Positions 7,498-17,159 of a DNA stretch of 28,708 nucleotides are shown piece by piece. A model generated the notes under the pieces. The model was not told where the DNA came from. It saw only the letters and a list, made by a program, of their open reading frames with translations, and ran no database searches. Source of the stretch: a virus (taxonomy: Duplodnaviria; Caudoviricetes); IMG/VR virus record IMGVR_UViG_3300030372_005415, positions 1-28,708 of that record; one strand, given 5' to 3'. A program made the translations under genes and the position numbers. Position 1 is the stretch's first letter. Each line of letters opens with the position of its first letter.

Positions 7498-7605
7498 TTA
7501 CACCCCTGCAATGTTGCACAAAAGTGCAAATGTAGCCGGTACGAGTGCAAATACACCTGTGACGAGTGCATAACAGATGACTGTCGTTTTTATGTCTTTA
7601 TCCAT
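7498..7605 (-). CDS. 35-aa single-TM membrane peptide
   Basis: ACAAAGGGA-N7-ATG; hydrophobic TTVICYALVTGVFALVPATFALLC. Confidence 0.55.
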   Translation of the reverse strand: MDKDIKTTVICYALVTGVFALVPATFALLCNIAGV

Positions 7606-7724
7606 TGTAAAATCCCTTTGTTCAATGGTTTTGTCTTTACAGCTGCAGACAGAATGTCTTGCAACGTCAATAGTGTATCGTAGTCGATACAAAACATGTA
7701 TACATTTTTTAAATATATTTTGTA

Positions 7725-7776
7725 CTGGTCAAAATACTGTACAGCTGCAGAGTATTCTGGTCAAAATACTGTACAG
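7725..7776. repeat. 20-bp direct repeat CTGGTCAAAATACTGTACAG x2 overlapping a leftward sigma70-like promoter
   Basis: Copies at 7725-7744 and 7757-7776; minus strand TTGACC(7764-7759)-17 nt-TACAGT(7741-7736). Confidence 0.6.
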
Positions 7777-7807
7777 TGTGTCATGTGACTTGACCCTGGA
7801 GACCTGT

Positions 7808-8341
7808 ATGGATTTGAACGACCCCCGGACTATTCATTTTGTCGACATAGAGACAACACACCTCGAACCTTCAGTCGGTGAAATTATAGAGATATGCATC
7901 CTCACCTCAAAAGACTGGGGTAAAACGATATACGATGTCTATCATACAAGGGTCAAACCTGTACGACTTGAATCTGCATCTGCAGCTGCACTGAATATAA
8001 ATGGATACAATGATGCAGACTGGAGTGATGCACCAGTCTGGTCGGATGTCGTTGCAGACGTCTCCAAAATACTGTCAGACGGCATCATTTGTGCACACAA
8101 TGCCATATTCGAATCAAAATGGTTAACGCATCACTGCACTGACATCCTCACACACAGATTTATGTGTACGATGACACTTGCATACACATATTTGCCTCTG
8201 CGCACGGCATCGATGTCTGCAATCAGAGATTATTATAACTGGTCGCACGATGATGCACACACTGCATATGCAGATGCATACGACTGTTACCTGTTCTTTG
8301 TTATTTGTATGACGGACGTTTTGCCTGACGTGCCTTCATAG
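7808..8341 (+). CDS. DEDDh 3'-5' exonuclease (DnaQ/epsilon-like)
   Basis: ExoI FVDIETT, ExoII AHNAIFE, ExoIII HTAYADA; GGAG RBS before ATG 7808. Confidence 0.85.
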   Translation: MDLNDPRTIHFVDIETTHLEPSVGEIIEICILTSKDWGKTIYDVYHTRVKPVRLESASAAALNINGYNDADWSDAPVWSDVVADVSKILSDGIICAHNAIFESKWLTHHCTDILTHRFMCTMTLAYTYLPLRTASMSAIRDYYNWSHDDAHTAYADAYDCYLFFVICMTDVLPDVPS

Positions 8342-8462
8342 ACCGTCGTGACTGTGATGCCTTTATCGCTTGCAGTTGTTTTTGTGCATCACGTTTACGA
8401 CGATGTACCTTCGTTGCACCTTTATGCGCTTTATATCCACCTTGTACTCTGACAACCGGCAT
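8301..8462 (-). CDS. 53-aa basic phage protein (not in ORF track)
   Basis: MPVVRVQGGYKAHKGATKVHRRKRDAQKQLQAIKAS...; ATG 2 nt after the holin-like stop, AAGGGGA RBS. Confidence 0.6.
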   Translation of the reverse strand: MPVVRVQGGYKAHKGATKVHRRKRDAQKQLQAIKASQSRRSMKARQAKRPSYK

Positions 8463-8464
8463 CG

Positions 8465-8782
8465 TTATCCCCTTGTAAAACTTGCTTTTATCTCGTCAAC
8501 GACCTTGCAAATGATGTCAAGTTTTTGCTCTAACAGAGACACCTTTTTGTCGAGGTCGTTTATTTCCTTGACCAGGGTCTGTCTCATGACATCCTCTTTA
8601 TCTTGCATATCACTGATGACTTTATCATACCTGGCACGTACGTCTACCATCTGTGCCTCGTATCTCTTTTCACGTGCATCCGACCGTTTTTGTTGCTCTT
8701 TATACTGCCACAGTAAAAACATCGCAAAACCGACATTCGGTGCACCGTTCATCAAAAAAGAGAGTATTTCCTGTTCTGGCAT
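8465..8782 (-). CDS. holin-like protein (one N-terminal TM plus coiled coil; BhlA/UviB-like)
   Basis: NGAPNVGFAMFLLWQY hydrophobic segment, heptad-rich tail, located in the lysis cassette. Confidence 0.6.
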   Translation of the reverse strand: MPEQEILSFLMNGAPNVGFAMFLLWQYKEQQKRSDAREKRYEAQMVDVRARYDKVISDMQDKEDVMRQTLVKEINDLDKKVSLLEQKLDIICKVVDEIKASFTRG

Positions 8783-8784
8783 CG

Positions 8785-8997
8785 TTACAAACCTTTGATG
8801 ATAGGTTCAATCTTTGCAGGTACGTCTAACAAATGTTCAATAATAATTTCTTGACGTTCATCACGTGTGATTTTTTCACCGCCGTCTGAATCTGGTTGTT
8901 TTGCTTCGATGATGTCGTCAACGATAGCCCATACAACAGGTTGCAGTGCCTTCAAAATCTGTGCTACAAGTTTAATTTTATTCCAGTCCATGTTCAC
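8785..8997 (-). CDS. small lysis-cassette protein
   Basis: Tightly packed between amidase and holin-like gene; GAGG RBS. Confidence 0.6.
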   Translation of the reverse strand: MNMDWNKIKLVAQILKALQPVVWAIVDDIIEAKQPDSDGGEKITRDERQEIIIEHLLDVPAKIEPIIKGL

Positions 8998-8999
8998 CT

Positions 9000-9563
9000 C
9001 TATTGATATGAATGTAAATAATTTTCAATGCCCTCTGCAAGTGCAATACCGACACGTCTGATACCCTCTGGAGTCGTCAATGGTGTATGTGCATCACAGT
9101 CAATAAATAACGGTTCAAAACACAGTGCAACAGGTCGACCGACATTTTTGATTGTATAGTATGCGTTTTTTGTCCAGTCATCAGGTTTGCATTCGATGCG
9201 TTTAACAGACTCCAGTTCAGGACAAGCATTTGCCAGGGCCACATTTACTTTTTGTGCAAGGGAGCTGCCTGCAGACGACCTGTGGTCATAAAAGGATGCA
9301 CCGTATGAACCTCCACCTGCATTCACATGACAGGCGATGTATACACATTTACCCTCTGCATATTCATTCACACGTGCATGTCGTTCTGTGTACCATCCAT
9401 CTGTCAAAACACAGACGTCGATACCCTTCATCATCAAATGACATTCAGCTGCAAATATGTACTGTGATGTCAGATATGTCTCTGTCACCTCTGCATTCTT
9501 TGCACCTTCATCATTCCATCGACCTGGTTTGCCTAGATGCTGTCTATCCAAAAATACCTGCAT
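9000..9563 (-). CDS. endolysin, N-acetylmuramoyl-L-alanine amidase (Amidase_3)
   Basis: VFLDRQH, E, IACHVNAG and ALCFEPLFID Zn-binding/catalytic motifs; GAGG RBS. Confidence 0.85.
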   Translation of the reverse strand: MQVFLDRQHLGKPGRWNDEGAKNAEVTETYLTSQYIFAAECHLMMKGIDVCVLTDGWYTERHARVNEYAEGKCVYIACHVNAGGGSYGASFYDHRSSAGSSLAQKVNVALANACPELESVKRIECKPDDWTKNAYYTIKNVGRPVALCFEPLFIDCDAHTPLTTPEGIRRVGIALAEGIENYLHSYQ

Positions 9564-9580
9564 AAATACCTCGTATCGTC

Positions 9581-9608
9581 ATTGTACTCTCTTTTTCCAA
9601 TGTGTCAC
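9581..9608 (-). promoter_or_regulatory. candidate lysis-cassette promoter GTGACA-16 nt-TACAAT
   Basis: Near-consensus -35/-10 in the intergenic gap before the amidase. Confidence 0.4.
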
Positions 9609-9626
9609 TGTCGATGACAGTCGATG

Positions 9627-11189
9627 TCATTCGAATAAAAGAGTGAACGACCAGACTGCATCTGTCCATTGTTTTGCAATCACCATCATTTTACGTTTGT
9701 CCAGGTGCACACGTTCAATAGTTACATCGACGACATCACCGACCTGTATCCATCCTAGTTCTGAAGGTGCAACGACCTCGACTGTCTGCAATGGAGTCGA
9801 CAGTGCACGTATTTTATCCATCACGACTTTTGCAGCTGTACCATCATTATAAATGTAATCTGCCTCCAAAACTCGAGGTCGACGACCGTACTTGTTTTGT
9901 GACTGTTTTGCCAGGTTTGACTCGACTGTCATCGTCAATGACATCGTCTGGTCGTGACCTCTTTTGCCATATTTTAACGATATATCGTTTGATAAATCTG
10001 CAGTGTTGCGCAGTGTCGATACTGGTGATGACTGTTGACATTGTTTATCGTCTCCGACTTCGATGGAATATACCGTCGACACATATGTCAATGCCCACAG
10101 TTCAGTGATGATGCCTCGTATACCATTCGGACCCATCTGCATCGAGACAGGCAAAAAAGGTAGTATGGTACCGTTTAACCATTCGAATGCAGTTATCTCT
10201 GGATTATTTATGTAACCTGCAAATGTGTACTGATTCAAAATCACAGACAGATTTGCCCAGCTGCCATCGTCGACCTGTTGTCCAGACCGGTTCAATGCCC
10301 ACCTGCAAATGTCTCCACCCCTGGATAAACTACCATCACCATACGGATTGATGTAACCACCGTCATTCAGATAAATCCACCACTCTCGACTCTCACCTGA
10401 TGTACCGGTGCCTGGCATCGCTACGTTGTCAGCTGGCACCAGTTCAATGTATGAATAAATGTTACCTTGACCGTCTGCAGCTGTTGAGATGGATTTTGTT
10501 GCACTGTTGAAATTATCGTCTTGAATTTTGACAGATGTTGATGTCACAGAATGACCTGCAATCATAAAACGTGCATTGTGACTGTCATACTTTTTGACAC
10601 AGTATACAGGTGCCGTATAAATGTTGTCTGATGTTACAGGGTACCCAAAAACAAAAGGATACGGTTTACCTGTGGCAGTGTCTGAATCTGGGTCTGTAAA
10701 TCTGTCGTCAATCACCATATCGTCATCGAGTAACAGACGTTCACTGGTGTACGGTTGTGCCTCGATACTGAAGGATACAAAATCATCGAGGTCTGACGGG
10801 TCTCCGTACACAGGTTCCTGTATTTGACCTCGGTACAATACGACCCTCGACTCGAATGTGTTTATGCAGCTGTCGTTTTTGGTAAGTACATAAAAGAATT
10901 CTGCATCAATACCCTCCAAAACTTGACCCTCTGCAATGGTTTGCAACACGTCAATGTCTTGAAATATGAGACCGACAGATACAATATTTGCCTCGACATC
11001 GACTGTCAGTACATCGGCACTGTCTAGATAGTCAAAATCTCGAATGGTAGGCAAGTATTCCAGGTCTCCATCGTTTGACTGTATGATGACATGGTTTGTC
11101 GAGTACCGATGCACCTTGCCTGCATATTCAAATTCGACACAGAATACAGGGTCTGCACCCTGTAGTTGTTCAGGTGTATACGTCCTCAC
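9627..11189 (-). CDS. tail tip/baseplate hub-like protein
   Basis: Position after the tape measure; GKPYPFVFG motif and C-terminal SQNKYGRR...IQVGDVVDV, typical of phage tail proteins. Confidence 0.65.
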   Translation of the reverse strand: MRTYTPEQLQGADPVFCVEFEYAGKVHRYSTNHVIIQSNDGDLEYLPTIRDFDYLDSADVLTVDVEANIVSVGLIFQDIDVLQTIAEGQVLEGIDAEFFYVLTKNDSCINTFESRVVLYRGQIQEPVYGDPSDLDDFVSFSIEAQPYTSERLLLDDDMVIDDRFTDPDSDTATGKPYPFVFGYPVTSDNIYTAPVYCVKKYDSHNARFMIAGHSVTSTSVKIQDDNFNSATKSISTAADGQGNIYSYIELVPADNVAMPGTGTSGESREWWIYLNDGGYINPYGDGSLSRGGDICRWALNRSGQQVDDGSWANLSVILNQYTFAGYINNPEITAFEWLNGTILPFLPVSMQMGPNGIRGIITELWALTYVSTVYSIEVGDDKQCQQSSPVSTLRNTADLSNDISLKYGKRGHDQTMSLTMTVESNLAKQSQNKYGRRPRVLEADYIYNDGTAAKVVMDKIRALSTPLQTVEVVAPSELGWIQVGDVVDVTIERVHLDKRKMMVIAKQWTDAVWSFTLLFE

Positions 11190-14100
11190 TATCGTACCTC
11201 TCTAAGTAAAATAGTAGCAACCCTGAACACTTCACCCTGGGTTGCGTCCAGTAGTTCATCACCGATAACGTGGTCAATCTGCATCGAGTTACCCAGTGTG
11301 CATAACATGTGTTCATGGTATCTATTCAGTGTGATGTGTGTACCAGGTAAGGTCTCCAGTGCAGGTAAATACACGACTGCCTCCCTTGCACCGTCGAGAT
11401 AGTTTATCAGACCCATCATACCAGTCGGTGCACTGTTTGCAGCTGCAATAGGTGAACCTGCATACAGATTGTAATAATCTGGGTTTGCAGGGTCTGCATT
11501 TAATGCACTTGTATCGACTCCATCTGTCCAGGCTATTCGTACAATGCGACCGCCTTTACCCTGTTTACGTGTGTACAGGGTGCCGTTCGATGACTCTGAT
11601 TCGAGTACATTTGCACTGAACTCCACCGTGCGACCTCGACCGTACTGCGGTGAAGTAATGACAACAGGACCCATCACCATCGTACCGATTTGGTACCAGC
11701 CCTCTGCAGATTTGTCTGTTGCAATCTCGATACGGAGTCCTGCAAAATCATTCTGATTCAAAATCACAGTACAGGCATCCGGTATCAGATGCGCAGTACC
11801 TGATGTCGGGTCTGTTGTCTTGACATCCTCGAGTTGCAGATATGCACGTTTTGATGTTGTCGATGCAAATACACCATCACCATTCGTTGCGATACGTCTG
11901 ACAACGACTGCACCCTCTCCATCCTGAAGTCTCACAGACCAGCCTCGACATTCATTCAGATGCAAGTAAACACCATCTGCAGCTGTACTGAATACAGACG
12001 CACCTTTACGAGTGAAGTTAAATACACCTCCGACACTGTTGTCCACAGTTGCAACAGATGTCCATGAACCAGAGGCATATTTTGATATGGTAAAACTTTT
12101 GAAATTTATATCCGTCAGATGTACACCGACTGCCTCTGTAATAATGTGTGTGTCGTCTGTACCCTGGAGTGTCGTGTCTAACATCCATGCAATAGTCTGT
12201 GCAGGTACTAAGTCGACATCTGGATTGACGACTGCGTTCGACCTCCATCCGACAGACGGTGATGGTGATACAGTATGCAATGTTCGTTGCACTGGTGCAC
12301 CGTGTTGTGGTTTGATGGTGTACGTATCACCTTCACGAGCTGCACCTGCAGATGTTGAGATTTGCAGACCCTCCTTCAGAGTTGTATAAAATCCTCGTGC
12401 AGTGTACTGTCGTGCATTTAAATCATTTGGCTCCCAGCGCAGTCCATTCGAGTCTCCAGTACCAAATGCAAAAAAGTGAAAGTCTGCAGATGCAGACCCG
12501 GACCCGGTTGGAATGCCCCAGAATACACGTTGTAATGTAGATGCATCCAGACTGCATGTACCACTGATTTGTAAATACTGACGAGGTGAACCTGCATCTG
12601 CATAGTAGACAAATACTTTACCGTCAGAGTTATCCAGGTGTAATAAAATCTGTGTACCATCTATGAACGATAAACCGGTTGCAGAGCCTATCAGACTAGA
12701 CGTATGTCCATCATATACGTACACTGCATCATCATTCAGAACGACCTCGACATAATATGTCTGTGTCGATGTTGTCTGTTGAATACGTGCACCGACTGTT
12801 ACACCCTCTGTCGTTGTCCCTCCACTGATGTTCGATACACGTGTGTGCAACATGACACCGTTTGTTTTGTCTGTCGGTGTCTGATAGTATTGCACTGTAT
12901 TCGTACTGACGACAGACAGTGTTATGTGATCTCCATCCAGTGAAGTCGTCGACAAACCGGTACCACCTTTTGTCCAGACACTATTTTGATCTGGTAAATC
13001 AAAAGGTACCCAGACCTGTGTGTCAAATCCCCACTGATTATCATTCGGATACGGTTTGATACGAGGGTACTGTTGTGTACTCCATCCACCCAAAATCAAT
13101 ACGATGACACTATCATCATATGTATTTGTACCTATGTTGTTATAGTTGCAAAATAACAGCTGTTCACCCTGTCCAGGTGCACCGACGACATTTTGTACAC
13201 CTCCACCTGACGATGTCGAGAAAAATTTTGCCACCTGTGTATCGTCAAAATTAAACTCGTCACCAAAATTATACCAGGTCGATGCATATGATTCGACACC
13301 GATACCCATCAAATCAGAATACGCACCGAGTACGACGTTGTTCTGAAGGTTACACGCATAAATGTACAGACGACCGTCCGTATCTTTGTAAAATGTGTAA
13401 TCACCATCCTCGAGTCTGTTTGCACTGCCGACTGCCAGATTTGCAGACAGGGTGTCTGCAGCTATTGTACCCAGTGTGTCAAATACAGATGTCGTTGCAT
13501 CCTCGAGACGTGTAAATGATATAGTATCGACATCTGATATATATGCAATGACGAATACACCGTTGTGTTCGACGACCTTCGGTTTGTAAAAGTACGATGC
13601 ATCACCTGCCTCTGATTCATCGATGAATGTGTATTGCAGACCTCCATCCGTCGACGCATGTTGTTTCATGATAGTACCGTACGTCAGACTGGTGTTGTGT
13701 GCATACAGCGCAGTGAATAAAAGTACCTGATGATTGTTTGCAGACAGTGTTAACGGCTGCAGCTTAAAACCTGATGCACCTGCACCGTATGCACCTGCAA
13801 TGTCAACATCGTCTGTCAGTGCACGACTCGATACTTTTGTCCAGGTTTTACCGTCATCGGTCGACCTATAGATTGCAATGTTTGCAACCTCTGCAACCCC
13901 GTCAACATTCCATACTGCACACAACGCACTGCCGTCTGACAGTTCACACACCGCAGGATATAGTTCGTTGCTGTTCAGGTCGGCTATGGCATTTGCACTG
14001 ATGAACGATGTCGAGACTGTACCATCGACATCTAGACGTGCAATACGTACATCGATGTCTATCGTCTGTTTATTTTCGTATGCTATCAATACTGTACCAC

Positions 14101-14455
14101 TTGACAGTCTGATGGCATCTCGAGGTGTGTTTGCATGTAACGTCGTCGACACGACATTCCGTACATCCATAACTTTATTTGGCACCTCGAGACCGTAGTG
14201 TCTGTTGTCGCCGTCATATTTCCATACAAAACCTGCATTGTCTGTCACATGTCCTGCACGTTGTGTCTCAATCTCGACAGTCTGTGTCTGTGTACCTTTT
14301 GCCAAAATAGCAAGGTCGGCACCCTCTGAAGGCGATGCAACCCCTGCCAGGTCTCCATTTTGTGTAACACTTGACTGTGTCGACCAGTAGTGTTCAGACG
14401 TAAATCTGAACGGTGCAATAAAACCACGGATAAATGATGGTGTGATGTTTGACAT
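11189..14455 (-). CDS. large tail protein with Asp-box (BNR) repeats
   Basis: Directly after the tape measure; YRSTDDGKTW and ASTDGGLQY Asp boxes; beta-rich. Start ATG 14455. Confidence 0.7.
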   Translation of the reverse strand: MSNITPSFIRGFIAPFRFTSEHYWSTQSSVTQNGDLAGVASPSEGADLAILAKGTQTQTVEIETQRAGHVTDNAGFVWKYDGDNRHYGLEVPNKVMDVRNVVSTTLHANTPRDAIRLSSGTVLIAYENKQTIDIDVRIARLDVDGTVSTSFISANAIADLNSNELYPAVCELSDGSALCAVWNVDGVAEVANIAIYRSTDDGKTWTKVSSRALTDDVDIAGAYGAGASGFKLQPLTLSANNHQVLLFTALYAHNTSLTYGTIMKQHASTDGGLQYTFIDESEAGDASYFYKPKVVEHNGVFVIAYISDVDTISFTRLEDATTSVFDTLGTIAADTLSANLAVGSANRLEDGDYTFYKDTDGRLYIYACNLQNNVVLGAYSDLMGIGVESYASTWYNFGDEFNFDDTQVAKFFSTSSGGGVQNVVGAPGQGEQLLFCNYNNIGTNTYDDSVIVLILGGWSTQQYPRIKPYPNDNQWGFDTQVWVPFDLPDQNSVWTKGGTGLSTTSLDGDHITLSVVSTNTVQYYQTPTDKTNGVMLHTRVSNISGGTTTEGVTVGARIQQTTSTQTYYVEVVLNDDAVYVYDGHTSSLIGSATGLSFIDGTQILLHLDNSDGKVFVYYADAGSPRQYLQISGTCSLDASTLQRVFWGIPTGSGSASADFHFFAFGTGDSNGLRWEPNDLNARQYTARGFYTTLKEGLQISTSAGAAREGDTYTIKPQHGAPVQRTLHTVSPSPSVGWRSNAVVNPDVDLVPAQTIAWMLDTTLQGTDDTHIITEAVGVHLTDINFKSFTISKYASGSWTSVATVDNSVGGVFNFTRKGASVFSTAADGVYLHLNECRGWSVRLQDGEGAVVVRRIATNGDGVFASTTSKRAYLQLEDVKTTDPTSGTAHLIPDACTVILNQNDFAGLRIEIATDKSAEGWYQIGTMVMGPVVITSPQYGRGRTVEFSANVLESESSNGTLYTRKQGKGGRIVRIAWTDGVDTSALNADPANPDYYNLYAGSPIAAANSAPTGMMGLINYLDGAREAVVYLPALETLPGTHITLNRYHEHMLCTLGNSMQIDHVIGDELLDATQGEVFRVATILLREVR

Positions 14456-14456
14456 T

Positions 14457-16628
14457 TTAATACGCTCCAGAACCGACACGTCGAGGTTCACGTCGTGACT
14501 TCACACGTTGATACCTGTCGTGATGTTTAAAAGGTTGTATGATAAATACACGCTGCAATCCGGTGCCTGGCATATTTTGCAAGGTACGTACATCGGCACC
14601 CTGCGCCTGTAGTTCACGCACGGTCGACCTGTCCAGTACTGCCTCACCAGATAACAGTGTTGCATTCACCTGGTCCGGTGCACTGTCTGTCGATGAACCT
14701 ACCATACCACCGACGTCGAATTTTGGTGGAGGTTGCGCAGCGACTGCAGCGACCTGCAGACCTGACGTGGCACTGATGGCACCTATTGCAATACCTCGTG
14801 CGATAGGAGGTAAAACAAGTGCCTGTGCAATAGCCTTTGCAGTACTGAATGCAATGTCTGCAAGTGCAGATGCCTGTCCTAGTCTGTATTCCTTCATTTT
14901 GGCATTCTGCATGTCGGCTTGCAGTTTATCCTCGATGTGTTTACGATGTATCGCATGTGTCTCTGCAGACCTGAATCCTTGTTCATATAGTTTATCATTC
15001 AGTGCATGTGCCTTCTCTGCAGTATCTTCAAAACGTGCCATTGCACGTTCGTTAAATACCTCGAGTGTCGTTGTCAGTTGTTTGAATACATCTACCATAC
15101 CTGCAGATGCAGACATCACTGCATCACGTTGTGTTTGTTCAAGGGTATTGTAAAAGTCGAGTAGTTCCTGTTGTTCGAGTTTTGCATTCTGTGCTATTGC
15201 AAAATCCAGACGCATCTGTTCGACCTTCAGTGCATTTATTCGTTCCTGCACCTCTGCAGTCTGTTCTGCACCCTGGGTCTGAAAGTCAATCTGGTCCTGA
15301 ATCAGACTGCGTTGAAACTCTAGCTGTCGACCCAAATCTTTTATTTTATCGACCTCTGACTCGTCGAATAGTTGCATCCCTCTATCACCGACCTGATTCA
15401 GTAAATCCTCGACTGTCGACTGTGTGTCTGTCATGTATTCGTCGAGTTCTGCCATCTGGGTATTTGTTTGTGCAGTCGCAGCTGCAAGTGCCTTCATCGA
15501 GGTCTCTGCACGTTGTGTCTGTTCTGCAGTCTTTTGCATCGTTCCCGGTGCAGTTGATGCTGCATGCAGTTCATTGAATTTATCGACCTCTGCAGATGCA
15601 CGTGCAAAACTATTTGCAACATTTAATACGACAGTCTCTGATTCATTCATCATGTCTTGCATCAGGACTTTTGCACCTTCGAAGTCTCCAGACATTGCCA
15701 TTGCACCAGCTGCGACCAGTGCAAATGTCGACTCAAAACCTTGACCCATCAGTGCAATGATGTCACCGGTGATACTGCCGAGGTAAATCATTGCCTGCGC
15801 TGCACCGTTTATACCCTGGTTCAGACTGTTTTTACCTGCAATAGACTCGATGAGTCTCTGCATCACTCCATCGGCTACGAGTCCGAATGCAGCCATCTCC
15901 CGTTGAAACTGTCCCATCGACCCGATTGCATCCTGTTCGATGGATATACCAAATTCAGATGCAAGTTGTGTCATCGACTCGAGGTTGTCAAGTGCACCAG
16001 ACTGTATCAGTGCAGGACCAGATTGACGACCAAAAATCTTCATTGCAAGTGCGTTGCGTTCTGTAGCGTTCTCCATTTGACCCAGTGATGATACTGCATC
16101 ATTGAACACACTGTCTGCATCACGTAGTTGTCCATTCGAATCCTTTACATCAACACCGAGTCGTTTAAAAGTCTCCGATAAATCTTTTGACCCTCGACTG
16201 GCATCCAACATAGACGACTGAAACTTTATTAAACCACCTTCGAGGTTTGCAAATGATAGTCCACTGCCCTCTGCAGCCAGTCGGAGACCTGCAAGGGTAT
16301 CCACTGCGATACCTGTTTTTGTAGATGCGTCGACCAGTTCATTCGTCAAGTCTGCAACCTTTTGACCAAATGCGACGGCTGCAGTTGCCGCTGCAGCTGC
16401 ACCGGCTGCAACCGCTGCCATTGATTTACCGACCTTTTTCATTTTGGTCGATACTGATTTGGAGGTGCGTTCTGCATCACCCTCCATCTTTTTAAATGAC
16501 TTGTCTAGTTCACCAGCAGCCTTTTTTGCCTGTTCATCAGTGATGCCAGGTATCTTTTTCAGTGCCTTCTCTAAATCCTGTGTACTGGCACTGTAGTTAA
16601 TACTGACACTTTTATTTACATCTGCCAT
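14457..16628 (-). CDS. tail tape measure protein
   Basis: 723 aa, Ala-rich and helical; LGVDVKDSNGQLRDADSVF and ALAMKIFGR motifs; C-terminal KFDVGG...ATLLSGEAVL. Confidence 0.9.
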   Translation of the reverse strand: MADVNKSVSINYSASTQDLEKALKKIPGITDEQAKKAAGELDKSFKKMEGDAERTSKSVSTKMKKVGKSMAAVAAGAAAAATAAVAFGQKVADLTNELVDASTKTGIAVDTLAGLRLAAEGSGLSFANLEGGLIKFQSSMLDASRGSKDLSETFKRLGVDVKDSNGQLRDADSVFNDAVSSLGQMENATERNALAMKIFGRQSGPALIQSGALDNLESMTQLASEFGISIEQDAIGSMGQFQREMAAFGLVADGVMQRLIESIAGKNSLNQGINGAAQAMIYLGSITGDIIALMGQGFESTFALVAAGAMAMSGDFEGAKVLMQDMMNESETVVLNVANSFARASAEVDKFNELHAASTAPGTMQKTAEQTQRAETSMKALAAATAQTNTQMAELDEYMTDTQSTVEDLLNQVGDRGMQLFDESEVDKIKDLGRQLEFQRSLIQDQIDFQTQGAEQTAEVQERINALKVEQMRLDFAIAQNAKLEQQELLDFYNTLEQTQRDAVMSASAGMVDVFKQLTTTLEVFNERAMARFEDTAEKAHALNDKLYEQGFRSAETHAIHRKHIEDKLQADMQNAKMKEYRLGQASALADIAFSTAKAIAQALVLPPIARGIAIGAISATSGLQVAAVAAQPPPKFDVGGMVGSSTDSAPDQVNATLLSGEAVLDRSTVRELQAQGADVRTLQNMPGTGLQRVFIIQPFKHHDRYQRVKSRREPRRVGSGAY

Positions 16629-16743
16629 TCATCACCTCGTATACAAGTAAACATATGACTATCGTTACAAATAATGTAAACATAATCCATGAATACAGTC
16701 TATCATACACCTCTGTGACAGTCTCTGACAGTCGTTGTCTCAT
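16612..16743 (-). CDS. 43-aa single-TM peptide
   Basis: ATGA overlap with the upstream stop, GGAGGA RBS, hydrophobic WIMFTLFVTIVICLLVY. Confidence 0.55.
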   Translation of the reverse strand: MRQRLSETVTEVYDRLYSWIMFTLFVTIVICLLVYEVMNGRCK

Positions 16744-17159
16744 TTTATCCTCTTTACTGTCTCTGATGCGATGCGTTCGACGACCTTTTGTGCATTTTTT
16801 CGTGCAGGGGTCCACAAAACAACATCTGCAAGTCGACGACCCTCTCGAATGTTTGTCGATGATTCACGACCGACCTTGATTGCCCACGCATAGGGCGCCG
16901 TGTTTTCAACAAATGCCTCGATGGTGTACGGAGGTATGATACGGATGCCGGTCTGATGTTTAAATTTTGACCCTTTACTTTTCTTTTCTCGAACTAACCA
17001 TTTTTCTTCACTGTCTTTTGCCAGGCGTTCAGTCTCTGACTCCAAAACCTTTACAATAGACGGCTCTGCAGCTTTGATAGTATCCATAATCAAATCACGT
17101 TGTGTACTATCCATCGTGATTGACCCTCGACCCTTGCCATATCTCAAAACCCTAGCCAT
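16740..17159 (-). CDS. HK97 gp10-like neck/tail-completion protein
   Basis: VENTAPYAWAIKVG and LWTPA motifs; basic; GGAG RBS before ATG 17159. Confidence 0.55.
   Translation of the reverse strand: MARVLRYGKGRGSITMDSTQRDLIMDTIKAAEPSIVKVLESETERLAKDSEEKWLVREKKSKGSKFKHQTGIRIIPPYTIEAFVENTAPYAWAIKVGRESSTNIREGRRLADVVLWTPARKNAQKVVERIASETVKRIK

Noticed and set aside
7725-7776. LexA/SOS box
   Set aside because: CTG...CAG spacing is N14, not the N10 of the E. coli-type box.
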